Source of the DNA: a virus
Taxonomy: Duplodnaviria > Caudoviricetes
DNA length: 54,120 bases
Strand: one strand, 5' to 3'
IMG/VR virus record: IMGVR_UViG_3300009788_000118
Span: 1-54,120 of that record
The notes under the pieces were generated by a model, which was not told the DNA's origin, did no database searches, and saw only the letters and a list, made by a program, of their open reading frames with translations. Each line of letters begins with the position of its first letter. The first letter of the stretch is position 1. Position numbers and translations under genes: made by a program. Of this stretch, positions 25,976-36,293 are shown one piece after another.

Positions 25976-26575
25976 ATGTTAAAAAGGCTGAAGCCGAGGC
26001 ATATGGACATAATTCGGAGACTGTTGGTGTCCGAGACTCCAGGGGAAATCTGCCTAGAGTTAGGCATGTCCGAGTCCTATTTAAGCGTGCTGCAGATCGA
26101 TCCGCTTTTTAAAGAGAAGTTGGGGGAAATGCAGTTTGAGCTTGATGAGCGGTTTCTAGAAGATCGTGCTAATGCGATGCAAATTCTAGAAGCGGGAGCA
26201 GTGAAATCCGCGAGGGTGGTGGTTCAAGCTGCAACCGAGGGAAGGGTTGGAAATGTTGATCCTGAAACGGGAGGTATCGATTACGAAACTGTTTCTGTAG
26301 CGAATCAGATTAAGTCGGCATGGGATGTACTCGATCACACCGGCAATAAGGCTCCAGAAAAGAGGTTAGTCGGGCATTTTGACGCCGCTGAGCTTGTGAA
26401 GGAGGCGTATGTTAGAAAGTATCCTAAAGAGGACAATGGAGGAAATGGTGATAAGCCTTCTTCAGGGAAGCCTCCAGAGACTTCACATGCATCCTCCGCT
26501 TTCGATAACTTGAATGAATCTTCCCCAAAGCCCGTGGATGAGGAAGTAAAATTTTTGGTGGAACAAAATCCATGA
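25976..26575 (+). CDS. Probable terminase small subunit
   Basis: N-terminal HTH (ETPGEICLELGMSESYLS); ATGA overlap with TerL. Confidence 0.7.
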   Translation: MLKRLKPRHMDIIRRLLVSETPGEICLELGMSESYLSVLQIDPLFKEKLGEMQFELDERFLEDRANAMQILEAGAVKSARVVVQAATEGRVGNVDPETGGIDYETVSVANQIKSAWDVLDHTGNKAPEKRLVGHFDAAELVKEAYVRKYPKEDNGGNGDKPSSGKPPETSHASSAFDNLNESSPKPVDEEVKFLVEQNP

Positions 26576-28062
26576 AAGACGCCGCCGATCTCAGTATAGA
26601 GGCAATGCAATTTTATGAAGGACACCCTGTAGATTTCTGTCAGGATCTTATTGAAGGTGTAGATTTCGACGACTGGCAAATTGAAGCATTTGATAACCTC
26701 GTTAATCATCATTTCGTAGCTATTGCAGCGGGATCAGGTGTAGGAAAAACTGTTTGGATCGCACTAGCTCTCTGCTGGTTCCTGGCCACAAAGCCATTTT
26801 CTAAAGTTCCATGTACGGCACCGAGCCAGCATCAACTTAACGACCTTCTTTGGGGAGAAGCACATAAGTGGATATCTCGCTCAGAGTTTTTATCGGGGAT
26901 GCTCGAATGGACACAAACGAAGATTGCGGTTAAGCGATATGCCCCTCAGTGGTATGCTGTCGCTCGAACTGCTCGAGTATCTCCACAGGGTCAAGTTGCA
27001 GAAGGTCTGCAAGGGTTTCATGCTGAAGAGAATCTGCTTTATATCATCGATGAGGCTTCAGGTGTCCCGGATGAAATCTTCCCAGCCGTTGAAGGAGCAT
27101 TAACAGGGAAGAAGGCGTATGCCATCTTAACAGCGAATCCTACAAGATTGGCCGGATATTTTTATTCAATATTTAATGATCTTAAAATGCGTGGGTTGTA
27201 TAAAACAATGCACGTATCCTGTTTAGACTCAAAGTTCGTTGACGATCGTTACATTAAAATGATGGAGGCAAGGTATGGAAGAAACCATCCGATCTGGCAA
27301 ATTAAGGTTGCTGGTGATTTTCCTACTGCGGATATTAACCTCTTATTTCCTCCTGCGGATGTGGAAGTCTTTAAGAATCATGATCCGATTGATCTTCGTG
27401 GCCTGCGCCTTCCGACTGAGCTTGGGTTGGATGTTGGCCGGACGACTAATAAATCTCTGCTGTGTGCACGTAAAGGTCCGGTTATTTTAGGATTTGAGGA
27501 GAAGAATCTTACGGGAGGTATTGCGGATACGATAGATGTTTTTGATTGGGCGTGTGATCTTATTAACGTCTATAATCCCAGTCTTGTGAAGGTTGACTGT
27601 ATCGGAATTGGTGCAGGAGTATATGACCTACTTGTAAGAATTTTTCCGAAGCTCATTAAGCCTGTCATCGGAAATGCGATGCCAGAGGAATCGAAGAAGG
27701 CGAGATATGCTAATCTGAGAGCACAGGGATATTGGGAACTGCGGGATATTATTAAATCATTATATTGTAAAGACATTCCCGACGACTTGATCAATCAGCT
27801 TAACGCGATTATGTACAAAATTCGAATGGGAAAGATTCTGATTCAAGCAAAAGATGAAATGGAAGAGTCTCCTGATTATGCAGATGCTCTAATGTATGCT
27901 TATATAGATGGAGATCTCTGTATTGATAAGGGAAACATTCTTCATTTTCCTATTAGTCTTGGAGTTATGAATGCAACTCTCGAAAAAACAAGTAGTTGGG
28001 ATAAGATAGGAAAAGATCGAGACGTACCTATATCAAACAAATGGGATATATTACATGCCTAG
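26572..28062 (+). CDS. terL: Terminase large subunit
   Basis: AAGSGVGKT Walker A, YIIDEASG Walker B, TANP, LGLDVGR, SPDYADAL nuclease. Confidence 0.95.
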   Translation: MKDAADLSIEAMQFYEGHPVDFCQDLIEGVDFDDWQIEAFDNLVNHHFVAIAAGSGVGKTVWIALALCWFLATKPFSKVPCTAPSQHQLNDLLWGEAHKWISRSEFLSGMLEWTQTKIAVKRYAPQWYAVARTARVSPQGQVAEGLQGFHAEENLLYIIDEASGVPDEIFPAVEGALTGKKAYAILTANPTRLAGYFYSIFNDLKMRGLYKTMHVSCLDSKFVDDRYIKMMEARYGRNHPIWQIKVAGDFPTADINLLFPPADVEVFKNHDPIDLRGLRLPTELGLDVGRTTNKSLLCARKGPVILGFEEKNLTGGIADTIDVFDWACDLINVYNPSLVKVDCIGIGAGVYDLLVRIFPKLIKPVIGNAMPEESKKARYANLRAQGYWELRDIIKSLYCKDIPDDLINQLNAIMYKIRMGKILIQAKDEMEESPDYADALMYAYIDGDLCIDKGNILHFPISLGVMNATLEKTSSWDKIGKDRDVPISNKWDILHA

Positions 28063-29269
28063 AGTAAGGTCAGATTTCCTCGAAATAGGAAAAACGGGGC
28101 TTAATTGGTCTGCAGGATACATCTATGATGAATTTTTATCAGCTCTTCGGGGGAAACGAGGGGTAAGAACTTACAGAGAGATGAAGGATAATGATGCAAT
28201 TGTTGGTTCAGTGTTGTTTGCAATAACTCAAATCCTTCGTGAAGCTAAATGGGATGTCCAAGTTCCAGATGGTGGAAAAGAGGAAGATGCCGAGTTCCTC
28301 CGTAGTAATATGACTGGTATGACCCACTCCTGGATGGACTTTTATACAGAGACTCTCTCGATGTTACCTTATGGATGGTCCTGGTTCGAGCAGGTTTATT
28401 ATCGGAGACCTGATAATAAAATCGGATGGAAGAAAATGGCCCCTCGAAAGCAGATATCTATGGAAAAATGGGAGATGAGTCCTGTGGGAGAGACGTTGGG
28501 TATGTGGCAGAGGCCTCCTCCAGATTATCAACTTTATTATCTTCCTATTGAAAAATCTTTGCATTTCCGTACCGAGCCGAACGGAAATAATCCTGAGGGT
28601 AGATCAATTATGAGGTCCGCATTCCGTCCCTGGTTCTTTAAGAAGAACATCGAAGAAATTGAAGGGATTGGAATTGAACGAGATCTCACTGGCCTCCCTG
28701 TTCTTAAGCTTCCAGAGGGTTTGAATCCTAATAGCGATGATACTAATATTCAGGTTCAGATCACAGCTGCAAAAAGATTGATATCTAACGTTCGTCGAGA
28801 TGAACAAGATGGAATTATTCTTCCATTTGGGTGGGAATTTGATCTTCTTGCATCGAAAGGAACTCGTCAGTTTGATACATCAACAATCGTCAATCGATTT
28901 AATAAAGAGATAGCAGTCACAGTTCTAGCTCAGTTTGTCATGCTTGGAATGGAGCGAACAGGGAGTTATGCACTTGCTAAAGAACAGACGGATATGTTTT
29001 ATCAATGTCTTGAGGGATGGATTGATGTTTTCATGACCACCGTTAATCGACATGCTGTCTCAAAATTGTTTCTTTTGAATGGTGTTATAGATAGACCGTT
29101 GCCGTATGTTGTACATACCCCGATAAGAAGGTTTAATTTGAAAGATCTTGCGGATTATGTGGCAAAACTTGGTGGCGATAAGGTTAATGCTTTGGATATT
29201 GATGCTGATGTCAAAAGCTTTTTAGCGAGATATGCTAGGCTCAAAGAATATAGCGAAGTTAGGAAATAG
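28055..29269 (+). CDS. Portal protein (DUF935-like)
   Basis: Follows TerL; EIGKTGL, NPEGRS, GIERDLTGLP, GSYAL. Confidence 0.9.
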   Translation: MPRVRSDFLEIGKTGLNWSAGYIYDEFLSALRGKRGVRTYREMKDNDAIVGSVLFAITQILREAKWDVQVPDGGKEEDAEFLRSNMTGMTHSWMDFYTETLSMLPYGWSWFEQVYYRRPDNKIGWKKMAPRKQISMEKWEMSPVGETLGMWQRPPPDYQLYYLPIEKSLHFRTEPNGNNPEGRSIMRSAFRPWFFKKNIEEIEGIGIERDLTGLPVLKLPEGLNPNSDDTNIQVQITAAKRLISNVRRDEQDGIILPFGWEFDLLASKGTRQFDTSTIVNRFNKEIAVTVLAQFVMLGMERTGSYALAKEQTDMFYQCLEGWIDVFMTTVNRHAVSKLFLLNGVIDRPLPYVVHTPIRRFNLKDLADYVAKLGGDKVNALDIDADVKSFLARYARLKEYSEVRK

Positions 29270-29404
29270 GTTATAAGAGGAGGTGAAATTGAGAATATAG
29301 TAGAAGTAAAATCTATTAAAAGGAGCCCAAATATGGATACAAAAGAGATTAAAGAGTTGGCTGATTTAATCGTCAACGAACTAAAAAAGGGAGGTAACAA
29401 CGAC

Positions 29405-29584
29405 ATGCCAAATGACTATAGCAGAACAAATATCGATGACTTCTTGACAGTTCGTGGATTTGGAGGATATGGTTACGGTGGAGGCGGAGGAGGTTATGGT
29501 GGTGGCGGTTATGGTGGCCACGGTGGAATCCTTCGTGAAGATGCTCATGCCGACGGAACTGGTCATGTTATGAAAATAGCATGA
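29405..29584 (+). CDS. Short glycine-rich protein, possibly truncated
   Basis: GGAGGT RBS; GFGGYGYGGGGGGYGGGGYGG. Confidence 0.4.
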   Translation: MPNDYSRTNIDDFLTVRGFGGYGYGGGGGGYGGGGYGGHGGILREDAHADGTGHVMKIA

Positions 29585-29587
29585 CCA
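29560..29587 (+). terminator. 12-bp hairpin with GAAA tetraloop
   Basis: TGGTCATGTTAT-GAAA-ATAGCATGACCA. Confidence 0.5.
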
Positions 29588-29595
29588 TATTCGTA

Positions 29596-29627
29596 AAGTG
29601 TATTTTTACTGTGTTAAAAATACGAAG
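29596..29627. repeat. 13-6-13 palindromic site, copy 7
   Basis: AAGTGTATTTTTA-CTGTGT-TAAAAATACGAAG. Confidence 0.75.
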
Positions 29628-29642
29628 ATACAAGGAGATATA

Positions 29643-30467
29643 ATGAGCAAAGTATCCATCATAATACCAGCACGACATGAGCCGTATCTTCAAAAGACGA
29701 TCGATGTTATTTTGGAGGCAGCTGAAGGAGATATCGAAATTATAGCAATTCTTGATGGATATTGGCCAGATGTACCTATAAAAGATGATCCTCATGTCAA
29801 GCAGATTCACTTCTCGGAGTCAAAGGGTATGCGAGCGTCAATCAATGCAGGCGCAAGAATCGCACAAGGAAAATATCTATTGAAATGTGACGCTCATTGT
29901 TTATTTGATGAAGGTTTTGATAAAAAACTTAAGACGGATTGTCAACCTAACTGGACGGTTGTGCCTATAAGATACTCTCTTTGTGTTAGAATTTTAGATG
30001 GTAAATTGACAGATTGGTCACGAAAGATACATAAAAAGTACGAGTTTGAATATATTGCTTCTGATGACTTAAAAGGTAGAAAATGGCCTGAGTATGCTAA
30101 ACGAGTAGAAGGTCAGAAGATTGTAGATTTGATGACGTCCCAAGGTTCATGTTGGTTTATGCATCGAGATAGGTTTTGGGCATTGGGTGGAGAAGATGAA
30201 GTAAACTATGGACAAATGGGTCGAGAAGCTCAAGAAATTTGCCTAAAGACGTGGTTATCTGGAGGACGTTTTATTCTCACTCGAAATACATGGTATGCTC
30301 ATTGGAGCAAAGCAAGAGGAAATCCTAGATTTTTAAGCAGAGAAGAGAAACAAAAATCTGTTGATTTTGCCAAAGATTTTTGGTTAAATGATAGATGGTC
30401 TCTAGCTACTAAAAAACTGAGTTGGTTGATAGAAAAGTTTGCTCCGGTGCCGACATGGAACCTCTAG
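29643..30467 (+). CDS. Glycosyltransferase family 2 (GT-A)
   Basis: VSIIIPARHE, ILDG, GMRASINAG, KCDAHC. Confidence 0.88.
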   Translation: MSKVSIIIPARHEPYLQKTIDVILEAAEGDIEIIAILDGYWPDVPIKDDPHVKQIHFSESKGMRASINAGARIAQGKYLLKCDAHCLFDEGFDKKLKTDCQPNWTVVPIRYSLCVRILDGKLTDWSRKIHKKYEFEYIASDDLKGRKWPEYAKRVEGQKIVDLMTSQGSCWFMHRDRFWALGGEDEVNYGQMGREAQEICLKTWLSGGRFILTRNTWYAHWSKARGNPRFLSREEKQKSVDFAKDFWLNDRWSLATKKLSWLIEKFAPVPTWNL

Positions 30468-31102
30468 AATATATAAAGAAGAAGTATGAGTTAGGTAGAT
30501 ATGGTGAATCAGTTCCTATAATTTTGTCTAAGGTTTTTAGAATTGGCATGTATGAACTTTTTAATGATCTTGGATATAAAATTGGATGTGAAGTAGGTGT
30601 TAGAGAAGGAAGAAATGCTGGAGAAATGATTCAAAAGATTCCAGGTTTGATGTTGTATTTGGTTGATCCATACAAAAATCATTCTTCTGCTCGAAGAAAG
30701 TATAGTGAGAAGCATTATGATAGAACGCAACGGAGAGCTCACCAAAGGTTAGATAAATTAAATGTGAAGTTTTTTGAGATGTTTAGTGAGCAAGCAGTAG
30801 AATTTGTAGAGGACAATTCGCTTGATTTTGTTTATATAGATGCAGATCATGATTATGATTTTGCAATGCAGGACATCATTATTTGGTCAAGAAAGGTTCG
30901 AAGTGGCGGGATTGTAAGTGGTCATGATTATTATCTTTCAAGGAGGCATGGACATCGAGGAGTAACCCATGCTGTTATTGATTATTCTAAGATGCTTTAT
31001 ATTTCCCCTTGGTTTTTGACTAGTTCTAGAGAAGAAGCTAAGGAAAGAAATGAGTATGGGCTTATTGATACTCTTCCTTCTTGGTTTTGGGTAAAGCCAT
31101 GA
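30455..31102 (+). CDS. Class I SAM-dependent methyltransferase (Methyltransf_24-like)
   Basis: GCEVGVREG, LVDPY, LDFVYIDADHDY, GGIVSGHDY. Confidence 0.88.
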   Translation: MEPLEYIKKKYELGRYGESVPIILSKVFRIGMYELFNDLGYKIGCEVGVREGRNAGEMIQKIPGLMLYLVDPYKNHSSARRKYSEKHYDRTQRRAHQRLDKLNVKFFEMFSEQAVEFVEDNSLDFVYIDADHDYDFAMQDIIIWSRKVRSGGIVSGHDYYLSRRHGHRGVTHAVIDYSKMLYISPWFLTSSREEAKERNEYGLIDTLPSWFWVKP

Positions 31103-31950
31103 ATCCGATAACATGTGAAATAGATCCGAGCAATCGGTGTCAGAATAATTGTAGTTTTTGTATGTATAAAGACTACCGCAGTTTTAATTCTGTGGATATG
31201 TCTTTAGATATGTATTTGGAGCTCATTGGGGATTTGAAAGATATTGGTGTGAAATCGATTACTTTCACAGGCGGTGGTGAACCATTAATGAATCCGAATT
31301 TTAATGAGATGGCAGAAGAAGCTTATAAACTTGGATTCGAGTTGGGGCTTATTACTAATGGGATATCCTTGAATGATCTTAGCAATTTTGATGTCTTCAA
31401 ATTTATCAGAATCAGTTTGGATGCAGCCACAAGAGAAACCTACAGAGCTTTAAAGGGTAATGATGATTTTGATAGGGTGGTTGAGAATATAAGATGTATG
31501 CCTTTGTGTTATGATGTCGATGTTGGCATTAGCTTTGTGGTATGTGAATTAAATAGTCATGAGGTAGATAAAATACAGATATTAGCTGAAGAATTACCTG
31601 TTGAGTATCTCCAACTTAAGCCGATATATGGAACTAATCTTCCTAAAATCGATGCTTTTAATTCCACAATAATAACAGACAGGCACAAAATTTCTAATCA
31701 CCTTCCTTGCTATATAGCTGGTCTTGTGGGTGTTGCTACTGCTGATGGTAAAGTATGGTACTGCTGTCAGAAGCGTGGAGTAGAGGATTTTTGCTTAGGG
31801 AATTTAGATCAACACTCTTTTGCAGAGATTTGGCAAGATAGATGGGCATTCCATGAGAAAACGAGATCTTGTAAAACTTGTCGATATCAAAATTATGTAG
31901 AGGAGTTATATAATCCAACAAAAGTGGTGAGACATAGATGGTTTCTTTAA
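31099..31950 (+). CDS. Radical SAM/SPASM protein
   Basis: CQNNCSFC, TGGGEPL, ITNG, ISLDA, DGKVWYCC, GNL, CKTC. Confidence 0.9.
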   Translation: MNPITCEIDPSNRCQNNCSFCMYKDYRSFNSVDMSLDMYLELIGDLKDIGVKSITFTGGGEPLMNPNFNEMAEEAYKLGFELGLITNGISLNDLSNFDVFKFIRISLDAATRETYRALKGNDDFDRVVENIRCMPLCYDVDVGISFVVCELNSHEVDKIQILAEELPVEYLQLKPIYGTNLPKIDAFNSTIITDRHKISNHLPCYIAGLVGVATADGKVWYCCQKRGVEDFCLGNLDQHSFAEIWQDRWAFHEKTRSCKTCRYQNYVEELYNPTKVVRHRWFL

Positions 31951-31964
31951 AAAGGAGGAGAATC

Positions 31965-32237
31965 ATGATTAAGCAAAGTAACAGGTCTCCACAGATTGGG
32001 CAGTCGGAGGGTTTGGTCGGAGATATGAACTTTGGCTCGGCTATGAATGCAGTTTTAAATGGTGAGAGAGTGAGGCGATTAGATTGGGAAAACGAAGATG
32101 TTTTTCTTGCGATGAGAGATGAGCAACTTATGATTTTTAAACCGGAAGATAATATGCTCCATCCATTAACAGTTTCCGCGGGAGATATGGCAGGGACAGA
32201 TTGGATTGTGATAAAGAGGATGGAAGTGGTTCATTAG
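31965..32237 (+). CDS. DUF2829 (Tad2-like) protein
   Basis: MNFGSAMNAVLNGERVRRLDW...DMAGTDWIVI. Confidence 0.7.
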   Translation: MIKQSNRSPQIGQSEGLVGDMNFGSAMNAVLNGERVRRLDWENEDVFLAMRDEQLMIFKPEDNMLHPLTVSAGDMAGTDWIVIKRMEVVH

Positions 32238-33977
32238 ATGACTGATCTCTCAATACTCATACCTGCTCGTAATGAGATGTTTCTTTCAAGAACTATTGAA
32301 AATATTCTTGAAAACATCGAAGGTGACACAGAGATTATTGCTGTGTGTGATGGCAACTGGCCAGATCCTACAGTTGAAGACCATCCAAGAGTGAATTTGA
32401 TTTATCACAGTGAGCCTATAGGTCAGCGAGCAGCAACAAATGAAGCAGCACGTTTATCTCAAGCAGAGTTTGTGATGAAGGCAGATGCACATTGTGCTTT
32501 TGATAAAGGTTTTGATGTTAAACTTATGGCGGATTGTAAGTATGATTGGACGGTTGTTCCACGAATGCATAATCTTCATGCTTTTAATTGGAAATGTGAA
32601 TTATGTGGTAATGAAACGTATCAAGGGCCTGAGCCAAAAAAATGTGAGAAATGTGGAAAATGTTGTATAGATACTATGTTTGAGAGAAAGATAATATGGC
32701 AGCGACGCGAAAATCGTAAATCAGATTACATGTGGTTTAATAAAGATTTAAAATTCTCTTATTTCGATAGAAGTCATTTAAAAGAATATGGTAATGACAT
32801 TTCTGCTCTTAAACATAAATATGCTCACTCTCGTCGAGATTGGGCAAAAGGAAAGATTACAGATCAGATGTGTGCGATTGGTGCATGTTGGATGATGCAT
32901 CGAAAACGATATTGGGAGTTAGATGGAGTTGACGAGGCTCATGGCTCTTGGGGTCAAATGGGTGTCGAAATTGCTATGAAAAGTTGGCTATCCGGTGGCA
33001 GGCAGGTTGTGAATAAGAATACTTGGTTTGCCCATATGTTTAGAACACAGGGCGGAGATTTTGGCTTTCCATATCCCCTAAGAGGAAAAGAAGTACAAAA
33101 TGCAAGAAAGTATTCTCAGAAGCTTTGGAAAGGAAATCTGTGGCCGAAGGCAATACGACCTTTATCATGGTTAATAGATCATTTTAGTCCTTTACCTGGA
33201 TGGGATGAGGAGTTGAAAAAGATGGATGAAGTTAAGAAACCTCAAATAAAAACCAAAAAAAGAGGGCTTACAAGAGGATTAGTTTATTATACTGATAATC
33301 GTTGTGAGGAACGAATCTTAGGTATAGTTCGGAGACAACTTACAAAAATATGCAAGGGTTATGAGATTATATCGGTGTCTCAATATCCAATAGACTGGGG
33401 AAGAAATATTGTGATGCCTTTTATACATAGCCCTCTGAGTATGTTCAAGCAGATGTTACGAGGTCTTCAAGAGAGTACAGCTGATATTGTGTTCTTTGCA
33501 GAAAATGATGTTTTATATCATTCATCTCATTTTGATTTTACTCCAACAGAGGAGAAAACTTTTTACTATGATCGGAATCGATGGGCAGTAGATACTGAAA
33601 CAGGAAAAACTGTCTTTTATCGATCTAATTGTGTTTCTTTGATGGTAGCTTTCAGAGAAGTTTTATTAAAGCATTATACTAAAAAGGTCGAGATTACAGA
33701 AAAAGATGGATTCAGAGGTCGTTTAGGATTCTCACCTCCGAAGGGATTAGAAGGTCCAGATAGGGTTGGTATTGCTCGATCTTATATGGCTGAGTTTCCT
33801 AGTGTAGATATCAGACATAATAATACTATGACGCGAAAACGCATGGAAAAGTCTATGTTTAGAAATGAACGATCATGCAAAGATTGGGCAGAATCCGATG
33901 GTGTTGTTGGATGGGGAAAAACAAAAGGACGATTTGATGAATTCTTGCGAGAAGTTGAGAGGGATAAGAAAGAGTAA
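32238..33977 (+). CDS. Two-domain glycosyltransferase (GT2 + second GT-A-like domain), paralogue of 29643 gene
   Basis: LSILIPARNE, KADAHCAFD, WLSGGR; Zn-ribbon insert CELC..CEKC; second domain VFFAENDVLYH. Confidence 0.85.
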   Translation: MTDLSILIPARNEMFLSRTIENILENIEGDTEIIAVCDGNWPDPTVEDHPRVNLIYHSEPIGQRAATNEAARLSQAEFVMKADAHCAFDKGFDVKLMADCKYDWTVVPRMHNLHAFNWKCELCGNETYQGPEPKKCEKCGKCCIDTMFERKIIWQRRENRKSDYMWFNKDLKFSYFDRSHLKEYGNDISALKHKYAHSRRDWAKGKITDQMCAIGACWMMHRKRYWELDGVDEAHGSWGQMGVEIAMKSWLSGGRQVVNKNTWFAHMFRTQGGDFGFPYPLRGKEVQNARKYSQKLWKGNLWPKAIRPLSWLIDHFSPLPGWDEELKKMDEVKKPQIKTKKRGLTRGLVYYTDNRCEERILGIVRRQLTKICKGYEIISVSQYPIDWGRNIVMPFIHSPLSMFKQMLRGLQESTADIVFFAENDVLYHSSHFDFTPTEEKTFYYDRNRWAVDTETGKTVFYRSNCVSLMVAFREVLLKHYTKKVEITEKDGFRGRLGFSPPKGLEGPDRVGIARSYMAEFPSVDIRHNNTMTRKRMEKSMFRNERSCKDWAESDGVVGWGKTKGRFDEFLREVERDKKE

Positions 33978-34384
33978 TGGCTGAATTTCTAATACAAGCA
34001 AAAGGTCATTGGATGGATGCTATATCACAGTCAATCAAGGATACATGGGATGTGAAAATGCAGGCAAGGTTCGCCAGGAGAAACTTAAAGGGTAGTCCTA
34101 TCGTAGTTAGACCGGATGGTTGGAAGTGGGGAAAAAGTGAAAGATTGCCTGAATATATTGTAGTCAAAGTTCCAAGTATGACTGTTGCAGATGCAGAAGA
34201 ATATATTCTGCCTGAATATGGAACATTTCTAGGACCAAATGCTACAACCGTAGAAAAAAAAGTAAAGAGGAGAAAATACCAATTTGCAGTAAGCCAGGTT
34301 GATACACTAATTTCTTTGAGTCAGAATACTACAACTACAAGTAAGAATACTTTTATCAGCTTGACTGTTGATAGGACTAAATAG
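33977..34384 (+). CDS. Hypothetical protein
   Basis: TAATG coupling. Confidence 0.7.
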   Translation: MAEFLIQAKGHWMDAISQSIKDTWDVKMQARFARRNLKGSPIVVRPDGWKWGKSERLPEYIVVKVPSMTVADAEEYILPEYGTFLGPNATTVEKKVKRRKYQFAVSQVDTLISLSQNTTTTSKNTFISLTVDRTK

Positions 34385-36280
34385 ATGGCAGAAATAAAAA
34401 AGACGATAGAAGAAGATGGTAATGGAGATTATACTTCTCTTGAAGCCTGTATGAATGCTAATGAACAAGATCTTACAGATGCAGGAGGGGATTATTTTCT
34501 TGCTGAAATAAATGGTACAGAGTTAGGTGGAGCCTGGAATTCTCCTGATACTTCTCCTGTAGACATAGATGGATGGACTACCTCAGCAACAAGTTACATA
34601 TCAGTTTACACAACCTCTACAGCTATACATCCTGGTAACTGGTCAACAGGAAACAACGAATATAGATTAGTAGTGGGACATGGTGAGTGCATAACCATAA
34701 TCGAGCAGTATGTTAGAATCGATGGAATTCAGATGAGTTTTCAGGTTAATTACGACTCTAGCCATTATGCTATCCATGTTAGCCCTGATAGTAGTGATAC
34801 TGACCACCGAATATCTAATTGTATCCTAAAAGAAGTTGGAAGTTATACTGGAGAACATGGTATTCTATTTGCTTGGCTTCCTGCGCAAACCAATATGACT
34901 GCCAAAGTGTGGAACTGTGTTATGTATGATTTTGACGGAACCGGTCAGTCTGCGGTTCATATTAATAGTGAGGGAGATTGGACTGTTGATATATATAATT
35001 GCACTATTGATAATTGCGGGGCATACGGCATTGAAAATGCAGGAGGTCAGGCAGATTGTAGAGTTTATAATACAGGAGCAATCAACTGTGGTACTGCTGG
35101 ATTTTTAAATCTTGACGTAGATACAACAAACAGCACCACAGCACCTACATTTGTTGATATAGATGCAGAGGATTATCATCTTGCGGCTAGTGACGTTACT
35201 TGGACAGGTCAAGGGACTGATACTCCGAGTGGATATCAATCAAGTCTAGATATCGATGGAGAGACTAGAACAAGTACATGGGATATAGGGGCGGATGAGA
35301 ATTTGTTGGTAGCATCTCCCTCTTTATCACCAAGTATATCACCGTCTGCATCAGAATCTCCCAGCATTTCACTTTCTCCATCACCTTCGGTGTCTTCATC
35401 CGCAAGTTTAAGTCCTAGTGTGTCTCGAAGCGAATCTGCGAGTATTTCTCCATCGATATCGTCTTCATTATCACCTTCAGCTAGTTTATCACCTAGCATT
35501 AGTCCGAGCATTAGTCCTTCAATATCACTTTCTATATCTTCATCATTAAGTCCATCAGCATCGATAAGTCCTTCAATTAGTCCTAGTGAATCGGCTTCTA
35601 TATCACCATCAATTAGTCCATCTGTGTCTCCGTCAGCTTCTATTAGTCCATCTATATCTCCATCTGAATCTTTAAGCATTTCACCATCAATCAGTCCTAG
35701 TATTTCTCCATCTGCTAGTGTTTCTCCTAGTGTTAGTCCATCTATATCATTATCTATATCATTATCTATATCTCCATCTATATCTCCTTCAATATCACCA
35801 TCTGCTTCTGAATCGCCAAGTATATCATCCTCGATCTCTCCTAGTGTGTCACCATCTGCATCTATCTCTCCTTCAGCATCTGTATCCTCATCCATTAGTC
35901 TTAGTGAATCACCCTCAATTTCACCAAGTATAAGTCCTTCTGTTAGTCCAAGTGCAAGTATTTCACCATCGGCATCAATATCAGCATCTATTTCTCCAAG
36001 TCCAAGTTGTCCAGCAGGTTGTGCTGCATGTGAAGATTGTATAGAAGTAACATTTGCTGGTCTTTCAGGTACTTGTGAAGTTGGTTGTGTTGATTATAAT
36101 ACTACTTATACACTTAGTCAGGTTGCTGATACTTGTGTGTGGCAATATACTTCTGGTAATCTTGTTGTTTCTGTAACATGTTCTGCTTCGTATTGGTGGC
36201 TTAAGGTTGTAAATGATGGAACAGAGTGTGCAGTTTGGAAATATCCAACTGCAGATAGATCAGACTGTCCACGTTATTAA
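34385..36280 (+). CDS. Beta-helix (pectin lyase-like) protein with (S-X)n Ser/Pro repeat and Cys-rich C-terminus
   Basis: GDYTSL, repeated IxNC/VYN motifs, DYHL, DIDGETR..WDIGADE; repeat at 35315-36007. Confidence 0.8.
   Translation: MAEIKKTIEEDGNGDYTSLEACMNANEQDLTDAGGDYFLAEINGTELGGAWNSPDTSPVDIDGWTTSATSYISVYTTSTAIHPGNWSTGNNEYRLVVGHGECITIIEQYVRIDGIQMSFQVNYDSSHYAIHVSPDSSDTDHRISNCILKEVGSYTGEHGILFAWLPAQTNMTAKVWNCVMYDFDGTGQSAVHINSEGDWTVDIYNCTIDNCGAYGIENAGGQADCRVYNTGAINCGTAGFLNLDVDTTNSTTAPTFVDIDAEDYHLAASDVTWTGQGTDTPSGYQSSLDIDGETRTSTWDIGADENLLVASPSLSPSISPSASESPSISLSPSPSVSSSASLSPSVSRSESASISPSISSSLSPSASLSPSISPSISPSISLSISSSLSPSASISPSISPSESASISPSISPSVSPSASISPSISPSESLSISPSISPSISPSASVSPSVSPSISLSISLSISPSISPSISPSASESPSISSSISPSVSPSASISPSASVSSSISLSESPSISPSISPSVSPSASISPSASISASISPSPSCPAGCAACEDCIEVTFAGLSGTCEVGCVDYNTTYTLSQVADTCVWQYTSGNLVVSVTCSASYWWLKVVNDGTECAVWKYPTADRSDCPRY
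35315..36007 (+). repeat. Coding (S-X)n repeat, ~230 aa
   Basis: SPSISPSASESPS... with diversified Ser codons. Confidence 0.9.
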
Positions 36281-36293
36281 AAAGGTAAAATAA

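Noticed and set aside
25927-26112. 61-aa ORF overlapping the TerS start
   Set aside because: Largely overlaps the better-supported 25976 frame; cannot be supported, though not excluded
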